Notes: generated by a model not told the origin, from the letters alone. Shown: positions 42,717 through 54,091, numbered from the whole stretch's first letter. The stretch: 62,645 nt of DNA, filler included, from Chrysochromulina tobinii (GCA_001275005.1; 4 parts of 4 records of this genome joined end to end with filler, not necessarily neighbours in it), one strand, 5' to 3'. Made by a program: numbers and translations.

Positions 42717-43811
42717 ATGGGGGCGCAAGTCCGCACTCCATTGCTGTACGCGCTGCTGCTCGCCGCGACGCCTGCGTCAGTCGCCGAGGACAACCAACAG
42801 CACCATGCGACGGAAGGTGGACAACAGCACCATGAAGCGACGGAGGGTGGGCTCCACGCAGCGGCGGAGAGTGGGCACCATGGCAGTGGCGACTATACCG
42901 TCCGATTCGACGTGCAGCTAGAAGGCGTCAAGGAGCTGAGCTCGTTCCTCGTGACGGTGCGCGAGAAGAAGGGTGCGCTCGCCGCGCGCCGCTTCCTGCA
43001 GCTGGTTCACGACGGCTTCTTCGACGGCTGCTCCTTTTTCCGCGTGCTTCCGGGCTACCTTGTGCAGTTCGGGCTCAGTGGCAACGTGACGCGCCAGCGC
43101 GCCTGGGACGCGCACGGCGCGCTGCGCGACGAGACCAACATAGAGCAGCCGGATTGGAACATCCGCGGCTCGATCGCCTTCGCGACGACGGGCCCCAACA
43201 CCCGTGGCACCCAGCTTTTCATCAACTACGACGACAACCATCAGCTAGATTCGAAGGCGGACGGGCGCATCGTGCCCTTCGGGCGTGTCGTGGACGGCAT
43301 GGCGACCCTCTCGGCAGTGTACGCGGGGTACCGCGAGCGGCCGAAGCCGTCGATGATCCGCGCGCGCGGCGACAGCTACCTGCAGACAGAGTTTCCCCGG
43401 CTGACCTACGTCGTGCGAGCGCAGCAGGTCATTTCTCTTCGAAGAGCCCTTCACACCCTCTGTTATCCTCTTGATTGGCTCTGACGACCACTGATGACCT
43501 GTGATTTGTTCTAACGGCCTCTGATTACATCTGATTTCATGCAGGTGGCCTTCGTCGAGGAGCCGTTCACACTCTCCAAGAACGCCACAGGCGGGCTGCT
43601 CACGCTCGTGATGGTGTTCATAGCGCTACTGTGCTGCGTCGGTATGAAAGTGGTGCAGCAACGGCGGCAGCAGCAGGGCGAGGACCCATATAAGGTGACG
43701 CCCGCGGCAGAGGATGACTTCCGGCCGCGCGACGACGAGGAGAAGGAGGACGAGGGCGAAGACGAGGACGAGGAGGAACAGGACGTGGCGCCGCCGGGCG
43801 CGCGGTCGTAG
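42717..43811 (+). CDS. Cyclophilin-type PPIase, type I membrane protein; intron 43428-43544
   Basis: Signal peptide, His-rich linker, FFRVLPGYLVQFG, RGSIAFATTGPNTRGTQLFIN and PFGRVVDGM. Exon 2 encodes a TM helix and an acidic tail. Confidence 0.9.
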
Positions 43812-44349
43812 CGTGTAGATCGTAGAGTCTCTGGTGCGACCTGCTTCTATGTTATTGTGTGACTACATTACTGTGCAGTTTTAGATTGACCTTGGGGGTG
43901 GAGCGCGAGCAGTTCCGAGTGCGCGGAGGCGCGGAGAGCACTTCGCGCGTCCCGCTCCGTCCCGGGGGGGGGCAGACGCGTCACGGCAGGCGACAACGCG
44001 AACCGAACCGAACGGGCTGGAGCCTGGAGGACGGGCGACATAGTTACGGCACCAGCACTTACCAGGTCGTGACCGCATGCAGGGCATTTGACTCTATGAT
44101 GTGCGCCACCGCCAGCGCGCGGCGCGGCGCGGCGCGCCACGCCCAGTCGCCCACGGTGCGAGCGTCTGGGTCTCAGTGAATCCTAGCTTTATAACGGAGC
44201 TCGATGTGGCACCGTCCACGCGATGTACTGTAAGTAACACCACATACCGACGAATGCCGTCTCCCCGTCGGGACACACCATGCCTGGCCCAGCCGCCCTC
44301 TCAAGTACTCTCACCGCCGCACCGGCGCATCATACATGTACCGCGGCGC

Positions 44350-45522
44350 TCACACGCGCGCCGAGAGCGCGCCCGACGGGGCCGCCGCCCTCGTGGCGCC
44401 ACGTTTCTTGGACATGGGCTTCGACTGCTCGGCGATCGTTTTCGATCGCACCGAGGTGCCGACCTTGCGACCCGTCCACACAGTCGGCTGGTAGGCGCCA
44501 CAGTCTGGCGACGAGGAGGTGCGGCTGTACTCAAAGGGGAGCGCCCGCTGCGGCGCGGCGGTGCCAAAGGCCGGCTTCGTCTTGCTCTGCCGGCGGAGAG
44601 ACGCACGCAGCTGTGCGGCGACCGACCCGTAGTCTACATCATAGCTGCCGGGCCCCACGTTGACATTCTTGTCGCAAGAGACACAGTCGGGATGGCCCGA
44701 CGCGTCAGGTGGTAGGCGCTGCTGGGCGGCCGTGCTGCGCATCGAGGCGCCCGAGTTGCGGATGTAGGCGTAGATGCTGCTCATGTTCGGCTCGTAGGTC
44801 CCGGGGCCCGAGCCCCCGCCTGATTCATCTCCTGAGCTGAGGCGCTGCAGCGACTTCGAGCGAAAGACAGACTCATTGGCGTCAATGTGCTTCACGTTGC
44901 CGGCACGTTGCTCCTGATTGTACGCGCCTGGGCCGGGGACTGCGTCGCCGTACGTTTTCAGGTGGAGTGCGCGCACCGACGACGAGTTGAATCCTTTGCG
45001 GTTACGATTCAAAGTGAAGCATGCTTTGTCGAACATCTCGCTGCCGGCGTACGGGTGGTATGCGCCTGGGTCGCCGATCTGCGTGCGGTCCATGCAGTCC
45101 ATGTGAGGATGCACCACGCCACGTTCCGCCAAGCCTACGTGGTGCTTAAAGTGTCGCGTCGGCTTGCAGTGCTGCTCCATGCTCGAGCGACCAACCTCAT
45201 AATTTCCCGGGACGGTCGTGCTCGTGCGCAGACTGTGCTCCTTCAGTCTGCGAGCGTCGGCAGCCCTGGCAAGGGCACCGTCGTTCATACGCGTAATGCG
45301 CTCCTTCATGTAGAGCGGGTCGTTTTCCTGAAGTGCCACCCTCGTCGCTGCCTTCACAACAGTGGGTTGTCGATCGAAGAGCTGGCCCTGGAAGGGTGTG
45401 GCCGATGGGGTGTTGCCAGTCCATGCGCCCGAGCTCGGCAGGTTCCGATCCCAACCGCCCGAGTGTGCCGAGAACGAGCCCGGCATTGTGGCTTGTAAGA
45501 GCGCATTGGCACCCACCGTCAT
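44350..45522 (-). CDS. PGPGxY (SHIPPO/STPG-type) repeat protein, probably flagellar
   Basis: Repeats VPGNY, GDPGAY, VPGPGAY, GPGTY, VGPGSY and PDCGAY. Confidence 0.75.
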   Translation of the reverse strand: MTVGANALLQATMPGSFSAHSGGWDRNLPSSGAWTGNTPSATPFQGQLFDRQPTVVKAATRVALQENDPLYMKERITRMNDGALARAADARRLKEHSLRTSTTVPGNYEVGRSSMEQHCKPTRHFKHHVGLAERGVVHPHMDCMDRTQIGDPGAYHPYAGSEMFDKACFTLNRNRKGFNSSSVRALHLKTYGDAVPGPGAYNQEQRAGNVKHIDANESVFRSKSLQRLSSGDESGGGSGPGTYEPNMSSIYAYIRNSGASMRSTAAQQRLPPDASGHPDCVSCDKNVNVGPGSYDVDYGSVAAQLRASLRRQSKTKPAFGTAAPQRALPFEYSRTSSSPDCGAYQPTVWTGRKVGTSVRSKTIAEQSKPMSKKRGATRAAAPSGALSARV

Positions 45523-45748
45523 GATCGTGTTTGGAGGTCAATGCACAGTCCCGCGAACCCAAAAGAATGGAGGTGTCGTTTCGTTTTCGATGTTTTTTCT
45601 TCGCTCGGTGCCTCGAAAATTGGCATGCAATACGACTGAATGCGCAAACTCCTGGTAGTGGCTGGTCGGTACCTTGTGTGTCGATTCAACTGACCCTTTC
45701 TCAAACTCCTGATGACGCGGCGAACCCTCTACTGTTTAGACCCACACC

Positions 45749-46699
45749 TTACTTCGCACGGGGCACGGCAGGGGGCAGCCGGGGCGCCTCCGCCTCCACG
45801 CAGCTGAGCATCAGACCGACAAGGAAGGTGAACCAGACGACGAAGACGCCCATGCCACCCATGCCGCTGACGGTCTGGAGCGCGACGCCGGACGCTAGGG
45901 TCGCAGGGAGCACAAGGTACTGGCACTCGGCCAGCGAAGTCATCCAGTTGCTAGCGGCCACGACCTTCTTCTCATCAACACCGCCGCTGCCGTCGTCTGC
46001 CTGGGCCGCGGCAGAGCCGGATGCGGTAAGGGGGTAGGTCAGACCTACCCCCTTAGCTGCGGCCTCCGTGGCCAGTTCCTTGCTGAATTTCTTGATCGCA
46101 GCGCCCTGGCCCGCGTAGAAGGCATCCCAGTTCTGCCCGTCGAAGCGGCGCACCTCGACCGACGAGATTGTGCCTGGGTCGACGCACTGCAGCGTGACCG
46201 CCCAGCCGTCTGGGTTGGAGCGCGGCCTGTAAAAGGGCGAGATGCCGCAGCGCGAGCAGAAGAGGTGGCGTGCTGTGCCCGTGTTGAAGCGGTACTCGGC
46301 TAGGGCGTCGGTGCCGCTCGGCACTTGGTCTTTGCTCTCACGAAAAAGGATCCGCAGCCCCTTTTCGGGCACGACGAAGTGTATGTTCCGACACATTCGG
46401 CAGTAGGAGCAATTGCAGTCCCACGCGACCACGTGCGCGGGTGCGTCACACTCGAAACGAACCAGCCCGCAGTGGCAGCCGCCGCGATGCAGAACCAGCC
46501 TGTTTGCGTCGGCGGCAGCCTCGGGCGCGGGCTTGAGCCACTCCACCGAGGTGGGGACCTCAAAGTCCCACCGCATCTCGGCCGTTGCAACCTTGACGAC
46601 TCCGCCGCCTGCACATGGTGCACAGCTCGGCGGCAGCTCGTCCTTGACGAGCGGTGTCGAAGCCCAGTGCGGCGCGCGCTGTTGGCCGACGCGGCTCAT
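45749..46699 (-). CDS. CENP-V/GFA family zinc protein with C-terminal hydrophobic helices
   Basis: HRGGCHCG, CNCSYC and YRFNTGTARHLFCSRCGISPFYRPRSNPDG. Confidence 0.9.
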   Translation of the reverse strand: MSRVGQQRAPHWASTPLVKDELPPSCAPCAGGGVVKVATAEMRWDFEVPTSVEWLKPAPEAAADANRLVLHRGGCHCGLVRFECDAPAHVVAWDCNCSYCRMCRNIHFVVPEKGLRILFRESKDQVPSGTDALAEYRFNTGTARHLFCSRCGISPFYRPRSNPDGWAVTLQCVDPGTISSVEVRRFDGQNWDAFYAGQGAAIKKFSKELATEAAAKGVGLTYPLTASGSAAAQADDGSGGVDEKKVVAASNWMTSLAECQYLVLPATLASGVALQTVSGMGGMGVFVVWFTFLVGLMLSCVEAEAPRLPPAVPRAK

Positions 46700-46944
46700 A
46701 GCCGGCGCTAACCTTCCATGATCTAGACAAGTCAAGACAAGTCAAGGCAAGGCAAGGCAAGGCAAGGCAAGTCAACGGTTGCCGTGTACTCAAAACGCCG
46801 TGTTCACAGCCAATGGTTTCTTCTAAATTCCCGCGGTCCGGACCGGAACCTGGTCTTCCTCGCGTTAGGCAGCAGCAGCAACTGTCTCAAGAGGCTGCCA
46901 GCCCCTTTGCCTGTCTCGTGTGGTGCGAGCGTACGCCGACCGAC

Positions 46945-48474
46945 ATGATGCCTCCTTCCGTGCCGGCACCGCCCGCTTCGCCGGTCGTTTCGCTCCGTGT
47001 GCGAGACAGCACAGGGATGCAGGTCTTCAGCAATATCCTTCTATTTCTACTCGTCGCCTCCTTCGCCGCGTCGACCGAGTACCACATCGCCACCGAAAGG
47101 CGCACGGAGTTGCGCCGCGGCGTGGCTGTCGCCATGGGCTTGCAATTTTTGCTGCTGCCATTCATCGGCTTCTGCGTCGTGCGAATGATCGGGCTCGACG
47201 CGACGTATGGCATCATGATTCAGGTGGTCACCTCCTGCCCGGGCGGCGCCTACTCAAACTGGTGGTGCAGTCTGCTCAATGCTGACCTGCTTCTCTCAGT
47301 GTTGGCGACTGCGGTGGCCACCGCGCTGAGCGCAGCGTTGATGCCGCTCAACCTGCTCATCTACCTCAATGCCGCCTACGACATCGAAGCGGTCACAAAC
47401 CTGCGCTTCGATCAACTCATCATCACGATTGTGGTCGTCATCGCCGCCGTCGGAGCGGGTGCCCTCGTGTCGACGCGCCTGATCAAGCGGATCCCAGCGC
47501 TCGCGCGTGACCCGCAACGCACGCGCGAACGGTGTGGCCTCTTCGGTAACGCCTGCGGCCTGTGCCTCATCCTCATTTCCTTTGTCTTCTCCTCGGTCTC
47601 TGCGCCGCTCTGGAATCGTGAGTTGGTCTTCTACGGAGCCGTCGCGATGCCGCCGCTGTGTGCGCTGCTGCTGTCGCTCGCGCTCGCGTCGCTGCCACCG
47701 CTGGGGCTATCAGGTCCCGCACGCTGCGCCGTCGTCGTCGAGTGCACCTTCCAGAACGTTGGCATCGGCCTCGCTGCCTCTCTAGCGCTCTTCGAGGGAG
47801 AAGAGGCCGCCAGGGCGGCGGGCGTACCTCTCTTTTACGGGCTCGTGCAGGTGATGACGTGATGGGCTCTGATTGCTGATGATGACCGCACGCTCTCCAA
47901 GCACGCTCTCCAAGCACGCTCTCCAAGCACGCTCTCCAAGCACGCTCTCCAAGCACGCTCTCCAAGCACGCTCTCCAAGCACGCTCTCCAAGCACGCTCC
48001 CCAAGCACGCTACCCAAGCACGCTACCCAAGCACGCTACCCAAGCACGCTCTCCGACGGCCCGGGCAGTGATCATTTGACGCTGAGTGATCATGACTGCA
48101 TCTGATGACCTCTGATGACCTTTGATGACCTCTGATGATCTCTGATGGCCTCTGATGATCTCTGATGACCTCTGATGGCCTCTGATGATCTCCTGCTCTT
48201 CTGTGGGCTCGTGCAGTCGATCTCGATCCCGATCTTCCTGCTGTGCGCTTGGAAGCTTGGATGGACGTACGCGCCCTCAGACGCTCCGCTCTGCACCGTA
48301 CTGCGCCACTCGTACCAGCCGACCAACAGCGCGCTCTGTAGGGTCCCTGACAGCGGTCATCCGAGCTGGGCACTCGGCTGTAGCGGCAACGGCTGTGGCA
48401 GCGGTGGACACGCGCAGCTGACGATGTCGGACACGTTGCCCGCCGAGCTGTCCACAACCAAGGAGTCCCTTTGA
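46945..48474 (+). CDS. Bile acid:Na+ symporter (BASS/SLC10) family transporter; intron 47851-48216
   Basis: GLQFLLLPFIGF, SCPGGAYSNWWC, ADLLLSV, LMPLNLLIY, VECTFQNVGI and PLFYGLVQ|SISIPIF. Confidence 0.9.
47888..48054 (+). repeat. Intronic 13-bp minisatellite (CCAAGCACGCTCT)~13
   Basis: Direct inspection; the later units diverge. Confidence 0.9.
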
Positions 48475-48784
48475 CTGTTTGATCTGCCGAGCACCCCGAG
48501 CTGTCCACAAACCAAGGACGTCGTCAAGAAGCGCTTCATTAGTAGAACCAAATAAATTTGACATACAATCCACAAAAATTACATGACGATACATCGCATG
48601 TAGATAAACGATCCGATAGTCGACGGCAGTGCTTGCTTGCTTGGCAGTGCCATATGACAAACCATACCGTCGTGATACGATCTTTGCGCTGCGCATGCAT
48701 GCAGTCCTATTTTTTCCGTTCATTTGGGCACTTTTCGCCACGAACCGCTCGGTCCTCCCGCGAAACGTAACCGAACTGAGTCGA

Positions 48785-49549
48785 ATGCCCACTCGCTCGT
48801 GTCGCGTTGTCTTCGACTCCATAGTGCCACAGCGCTTTGAGCTCGTCGGGGAAGGTCAACTCGAATTGATCGGCCCCGGCACCTATAGCCCTGTCACGGA
48901 GCCGTTGATCCGTGAGCCAACGCGCATGAACTCGCAATTTGCTTCCAAATCCGACCGGATGAAGAAAGAAAAGGGCAATTCGGACGACGTGAAGCTTTGG
49001 GAGGGCAAGTACGCGGGCACGCAGCATCTGCCCAAGGCGCCCGGATCCCATGGCGTTCAGTGGCCGGCAGGCGAACGCACACCACCATTCTTCCACGTGC
49101 CCTTTCGCCCCTATCCGCTCGAATCGGGTGCGCCGAAAGGACGCTCGCCCGGGCTCGATCAGTTCTACGACCTCGACAGCGTGGGTGCGTCGCCGGTGGC
49201 ACTCTACGGCACGATGGGGGCCAACGTGCAGCGCTCACCACGCCGCTACACCCATCTGCGCGTCTCGCCGGTGCCGCCGCGGCCACGCTCGTCTGACACG
49301 GGGAGTGCGGGCCATCTCGGGCCGGGCTCGTACACGCTTGAGCGGAAGGGCATCGGCCTCAAGGACCCCTTGCGCCCCAGCAGCTGCTTCATGCCCAATG
49401 GGAATGGCAAGTTCCGAAATGTAGGGCTCTCGTACGCAGAGTACCTCGGTGTCGAACTTAAGGTCGTCGCACCGACCGCCGGGGCGGGCTCACGAGAGCG
49501 CCGGCGAGGCGCGATGCCGAGTTTGTCGGGCGCTCTGCCGAAGCCTTAG
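48785..49549 (+). CDS. Short PGPGxY-type repeat protein
   Basis: IGPGTY, SQFASKSDR, HLGPGSY and PSSCF. Confidence 0.6.
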   Translation: MPTRSCRVVFDSIVPQRFELVGEGQLELIGPGTYSPVTEPLIREPTRMNSQFASKSDRMKKEKGNSDDVKLWEGKYAGTQHLPKAPGSHGVQWPAGERTPPFFHVPFRPYPLESGAPKGRSPGLDQFYDLDSVGASPVALYGTMGANVQRSPRRYTHLRVSPVPPRPRSSDTGSAGHLGPGSYTLERKGIGLKDPLRPSSCFMPNGNGKFRNVGLSYAEYLGVELKVVAPTAGAGSRERRRGAMPSLSGALPKP

Positions 49550-50208
49550 CGGGCGGGTTAGCGGGAGAATGCGTGGCGGTGCGCCTATGTGCTTGTGACA
49601 TCCGATCACCAACATCCGATCACGTGCTCGGATCATCAAACTCGGTGTAACTGAGTGGCTCTGACATCTGAGATCAGGTCGCGCACTTGGCAGAAGTGGA
49701 TTAGGCCCGCGGCTATTGTAGATATCGGCCTATCGCTTGTCAGGACGTCGGCGGTTTGGCGAGTCCGGAGACGCCGCGTGCGGTTCTTGTACGCACGGCT
49801 CCTGACCCGCCCCGTGATCGCCGACGGAGAGCTGTCGCTTGCTTGCCCGGCCGCGATCTGCTGGGGGGGGCGCGGGGCGGCGGCGGGGCCGTTCTCGCTG
49901 CGTCCCGAGCGTCCTGCTCACCTGGGTCCTGGCTAGGTCCTGGCCCCTCCGGTCCGGCACTAGTTCGCTACGACTTTTACCGCCGATTGTCATTTGTGAA
50001 CAGTCAACAGATCGGATCTTAGACCAAAGCGAGATAGCAATTGTGACGTACTTCGGAGTTGACTGTTATTTATTCTCTCGGAATCGCACTCGTGCATTCG
50101 ATTCAGCGCTCGATATCTGTCACCACTCGTCGGCGGTCTTCACCAGTTTCACTGGGTTTTCTCAGGGTCCGCCTGTCACCATCCTCTCCCCAATGTCGCC
50201 ACCCTCTT

Positions 50209-50287
50209 CGCCACGTGCGTGCAGGCTATCCGTACGCGAGCGTGGAGCGCGGCTGGCTTCTCGCTCGGCGCCTCCTACCTAGCCAAG
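50209..50287 (+). repeat. Inverted ~79-bp copy of the ABHD active-site segment (50849-50926) abutting the ABHD stop codon
   Basis: Four substitutions and one insertion relative to the reverse complement of 50849-50926. Confidence 0.9.
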
Positions 50288-51505
50288 CGCGTCACCAACA
50301 GTCGCAGCGTTCACCTCCTGCAGCCATTCGAGCAACACAGCGACCGACCAAGCGCGGCCCAGCCCGCGCCACCCCTCGGCCCATGTCATAGAGTGACCGC
50401 CCTCCGCTGTGACCGCGAGCAGTAACGGTGCGTCGGCATGTGCGGAGAAGGCCTCGGTCTTGATCGTGCCCGCCGGTGCGATGGGGTCGTTGCGCGCGCT
50501 CAGGAAGAGCATGGGCACCCGTGCCTGCGCGAGCACCCGTTCGCTGCTCGCCTCACGATAGTAATGCTCCGCCGAGCTGCAGCCCATCATGGGTGCTATC
50601 GTGCACCCGTCGAAGTCTTCCATACTCGTAGCCCGTGCAGCACCCTCGAGGTCGAGGCCCGCGGCGGTACGCAGCACTGGCAGGCACTGGTGCATCACAC
50701 GCTGCACCGACGGCACCAGAGCATAACGGTCGATCAGCCGGCGAGCGAGCGACTCGCCGAGCTGCCGGACGCATGCTTGTAAAGCGGTCGGGCACGCGAA
50801 GCACGCGGCGGAGGCCAGCTCGCACTCGCCACCCTCCTCGCCGACGTACTTAGCTAGGTAGGAGGCGCCGAGCGAGTAGCCAGCCGCGCTCACGCTCGCG
50901 TATGGATAGCCCGCACGCACGTGGCGCACCACACGCCGCAAGTCTTCGGTATACCCCGCCGAATACAGAAACGGAGACAGCAGAGGGTTGCCGCCGCGGC
51001 CTCGAGGGTTGAAGCAGCCGACACGCAGTCCGGCCTCGTGCAGCGCAAAAGCCGCGCGACGAATGTATGGCGTGCTCGAGTCGCCCGTCAGCCCGGGAAT
51101 GAGCAGGCAGATCGGAGCGTTGTCGTCGGGCTGATGCAGCCAGCTGATGGAGACGACGCCGGGAGGCACTTGCGTGGGGCAGCACGCCGTCGTGGCTGGC
51201 CGATCCAGCGCGGGCAGCTTGATCTCCTCGTACACAAAGCCCTTGACTGCTGGTGCAGGTGCTGAGACGTTGGCAAGCCGCGACTGTAGAAAGCCCGTGG
51301 GATGCAGCAGCGGCGGTCGGTGCCCTTGCTTCAGAGTGCAGAGGCGCGGAAGCAATTTTGCTATCTTAGGATTGCACGAGTGGGTGAGAACGGGGACATC
51401 GAGAGGAGCGGTGGCACGTCGTAACATCGCGAGGCCAATGGCGATGGCGCATACTGCCACGAGTACCGTCGGGAAGGATGCGGACTCGGCCCCATCGAAG
51501 AACAT
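50279..51505 (-). CDS. Alpha/beta hydrolase, ABHD1-3/YheT-like
   Basis: N-terminal TM, IPGLTGDS, FNPRG, YSAGYTEDL, nucleophile GYSLG, YYREASS, ARNDPI (Asp) and EGGH (His). Confidence 0.92.
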   Translation of the reverse strand: MFFDGAESASFPTVLVAVCAIAIGLAMLRRATAPLDVPVLTHSCNPKIAKLLPRLCTLKQGHRPPLLHPTGFLQSRLANVSAPAPAVKGFVYEEIKLPALDRPATTACCPTQVPPGVVSISWLHQPDDNAPICLLIPGLTGDSSTPYIRRAAFALHEAGLRVGCFNPRGRGGNPLLSPFLYSAGYTEDLRRVVRHVRAGYPYASVSAAGYSLGASYLAKYVGEEGGECELASAACFACPTALQACVRQLGESLARRLIDRYALVPSVQRVMHQCLPVLRTAAGLDLEGAARATSMEDFDGCTIAPMMGCSSAEHYYREASSERVLAQARVPMLFLSARNDPIAPAGTIKTEAFSAHADAPLLLAVTAEGGHSMTWAEGWRGLGRAWSVAVLLEWLQEVNAATVGDALG

Positions 51506-51712
51506 CTTCCTTTTTGGCCAGCACACCCAGAGCCGCACGCTAGGTGGACGGCACGCCCATGAGTTCACCAGCTAAGGAACGCGAGCACTCGTAACATGCA
51601 GCTTCACGAAACTCATCTCCGACGTCGCGACTCGCCTTTCTAGTCAAAAACAACGCGTACCGGAACTTCCGATCCCGTGTTTGGAAAGTCCGCTCTGCAA
51701 ACTGGATTGTCC

Positions 51713-52066
51713 ATGCGCCTTCGAAATCTACACGCAGCTGCTCAGCTCATGCCGCGGCTCGCGCCACGGGTACATTTACACGCAAATGCGCGTGACGACG
51801 AGCTGCTACCGATCGAGCGATGGTGGAATGATGCCAGCGCTCTAGCGCCAGACGGCAGCGCAACTAGAGACGGAGATTCATCGGTGCTAGTCGCTTTCCA
51901 GCTCATCCTCCCTATCGTGGCGGCAATCCTCTTATCCAGGCTCTTATTCCCGATTGTTCACACATCGCGGCCTTTCTTTGCCATTCCTCTGCCGCCGCTA
52001 TTCGTACTTGCGCCCGTCGTGGTGCTATTGGCCGCATTAGGTGACCATCGGTTTGATGACGAGTGA
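51713..52066 (+). CDS. Small hypothetical membrane protein
   Basis: Two hydrophobic segments, divergent from the ABHD gene. No family was recognised. Confidence 0.35.
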   Translation: MRLRNLHAAAQLMPRLAPRVHLHANARDDELLPIERWWNDASALAPDGSATRDGDSSVLVAFQLILPIVAAILLSRLLFPIVHTSRPFFAIPLPPLFVLAPVVVLLAALGDHRFDDE

Positions 52067-52577
52067 GCTGCGATGAGGAGTCGCACGCTTCTGTGTCTCG
52101 AGGTCTCGAGGTATGGTCAGCCCCGCGAGGCTGTTTTGTATTGCGGCCAGTCGATCGCTGCCATCCACCTTGTGGCTCAGGGTCTTTATAAATTGAATTG
52201 GCTGTGCGCGCATCGAGACACGGAGACGACATTCGTAACCAGACGTCGCGAATCGGCGATTCATAGCCGACGTACCCGGATCGCGGAGGCCGCGATCCGG
52301 AGAAGGGACCAAACGTTGGAGCCCTTCGAGCTCTACCGCCCAACAACCAGGCCTTTGCGCGCGCAAAGAGATTCGGCATGTGCGCCGCTTGCCTCCTTCT
52401 ACTACGGTCGCACAGTGTCGGGGGCTACTGTACGGTACACGCTACGTGTCTCTCCGTCCTCTCCATAGTGTGCTGTCTCTCCCATGTGGGATGCCGCCGC
52501 CCTCCGTGGCGTCTCACAGTGTCTGCAAGGACGAGTGCGCTCGCGAACGCCTCATCTGCCCCTCTCTCTCGCGGCGA

Positions 52578-53545
52578 TCACACATTGGGCACATCGTGCA
52601 CCTTGGGCTCGCTCGTCGGCGCCTCCTCCTCCACTGATGCTTGCTGACGTTGGAAGAATGGCTCCTTGGTCAGCGTGGAGAGGTCGACGCGCTTGCTGCT
52701 GTTGGTGGCGACGGTCGACGCCTTCGAGCCCTTAAAGGGCAGGCGCGACGAGGCGGTTGCGACGATGGTGAGCAGCAGCGCCTTCTGGCTCAGGAATTCG
52801 GTCGCGAGCCGCCTCTGCTCCGGCTGCGGCAGCGAGCCGCCAAGCTGCTGCAACGAGATGGTCGCGCGCGTGGTCGTAAAGGGAGCGATCACCAGGGAGC
52901 CCTGCTGCGCACTGCCGAGCTTGAGGCTCGTGGCCGCCTCGTACGCGACGAGCGTGCACTGCTCGAGCAGCATCGAGCGCAGCATGTTGTTATTGCGCAC
53001 GTTGAGCACCAGCTGCAGCGCCGCCGACACCTTGGGTGCGAAGAAGTCGGTCACGTCGACCTTGAACTTCTGTGGACGGATGAGCTCGAGGTCGCATGAG
53101 AGCGGCGTCGGATTGAGCCACATCCAGAGCTGCACGCATCCGAACAGGACGAGAACGGCCAGCTGCGCACGCCGAAGCGACGGCACTCGCGGCGTGAGCA
53201 CAGAGACGCACACGTGAGAGGCAGCATTTGGAGTGTCAGAGAGCTCACCATGATGATGCACTGCCGGAAAACCCGTGGGGAGCACAGTGGCTGACGCTCG
53301 TGCTTCTCCCATGACGGCTCGTCTCCGTTGTCGTCGTCGCCTTCTCCCTTCTCGGAGCGCGCTTCCCTTGATCGCTGCTGCTTGCGTTTACGCACCTCCG
53401 ACATAGCATCTGCCCAGTCGTCGCGTGCTCCGACGCGCGGGTCAAAGTTGATTGCATCCTCCTCCTCCTCCGCCGCCACTTCCTCCTCGCCGACATCGTC
53501 GTCCTCGGGCTCCGGCAGGAGCTCGTCGTGCGCCTCAGTAGGCAT
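52578..53545 (-). CDS. LEA_2/NDR1-HIN1-like membrane protein; intron 53163-53248
   Basis: Acidic N-terminus, TM helix and LVLNVRNNN beta-sandwich motif. The intron is phase-0 GTGAG..CAG. Confidence 0.75.
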
Positions 53546-53848
53546 CCCCGACCGACCGCGTAAGACGCAAAAGACGAACCTCGTGCTCCAGCAAGAAAAG
53601 TATTCACCAGTTTATTCACCCCCTGTCACCCCCCCGCCCCCCACTCCTTTTTCGCGCCGCGCCCGAGACGTGCCTCGGGAATCGAAACGGTGCCGGCCGC
53701 GGGGCGTGTGCGTGTTGCGTTTGCATACATCGTGATCATGCGTGATGCGTGATGCGGAGTTGCATAGATCCCGAGTGAGAGGGTCCCGCCCTGGACCCTC
53801 TGGGGGTCCGGCTGGACCCCTGGACCCTCTGGACCCTCCTCTGGACCC

Positions 53849-53948
53849 NNNNNNNNNNNNNNNNNNNNNNNNNNNNNNNNNNNNNNNNNNNNTTAATTAA
53901 TTAANNNNNNNNNNNNNNNNNNNNNNNNNNNNNNNNNNNNNNNNNNNN
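53849..53948. other. Artificial contig spacer (preceded by GGACCCTCT-type repeats, 53781-53848)
   Basis: N44-TTAATTAATTAA-N44. Confidence 0.97.
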
Positions 53949-54038
53949 GAAGGCAAGGGCGGGGCCACGACGGTCTCCCCACGTCTTGGCAGCAAGTCCC
54001 GCGGCACTGGCAATGGCGGCGTTTTCGGCGGCGGCGGA

Positions 54039-54091
<53 letters not shown>

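Noticed and set aside
47888..48190. Tandem arrays as CRISPR (also 31708-31854 and 55067-55300)
   Set aside because: There are no unique spacers of CRISPR length and no cas genes, and the context is eukaryotic introns or a transposon.
41125..49549. Flagellar gene cluster (DRC5 plus two PGPGxY proteins)
   Set aside because: The genes are interspersed with unrelated ones, and such families are common in flagellates.
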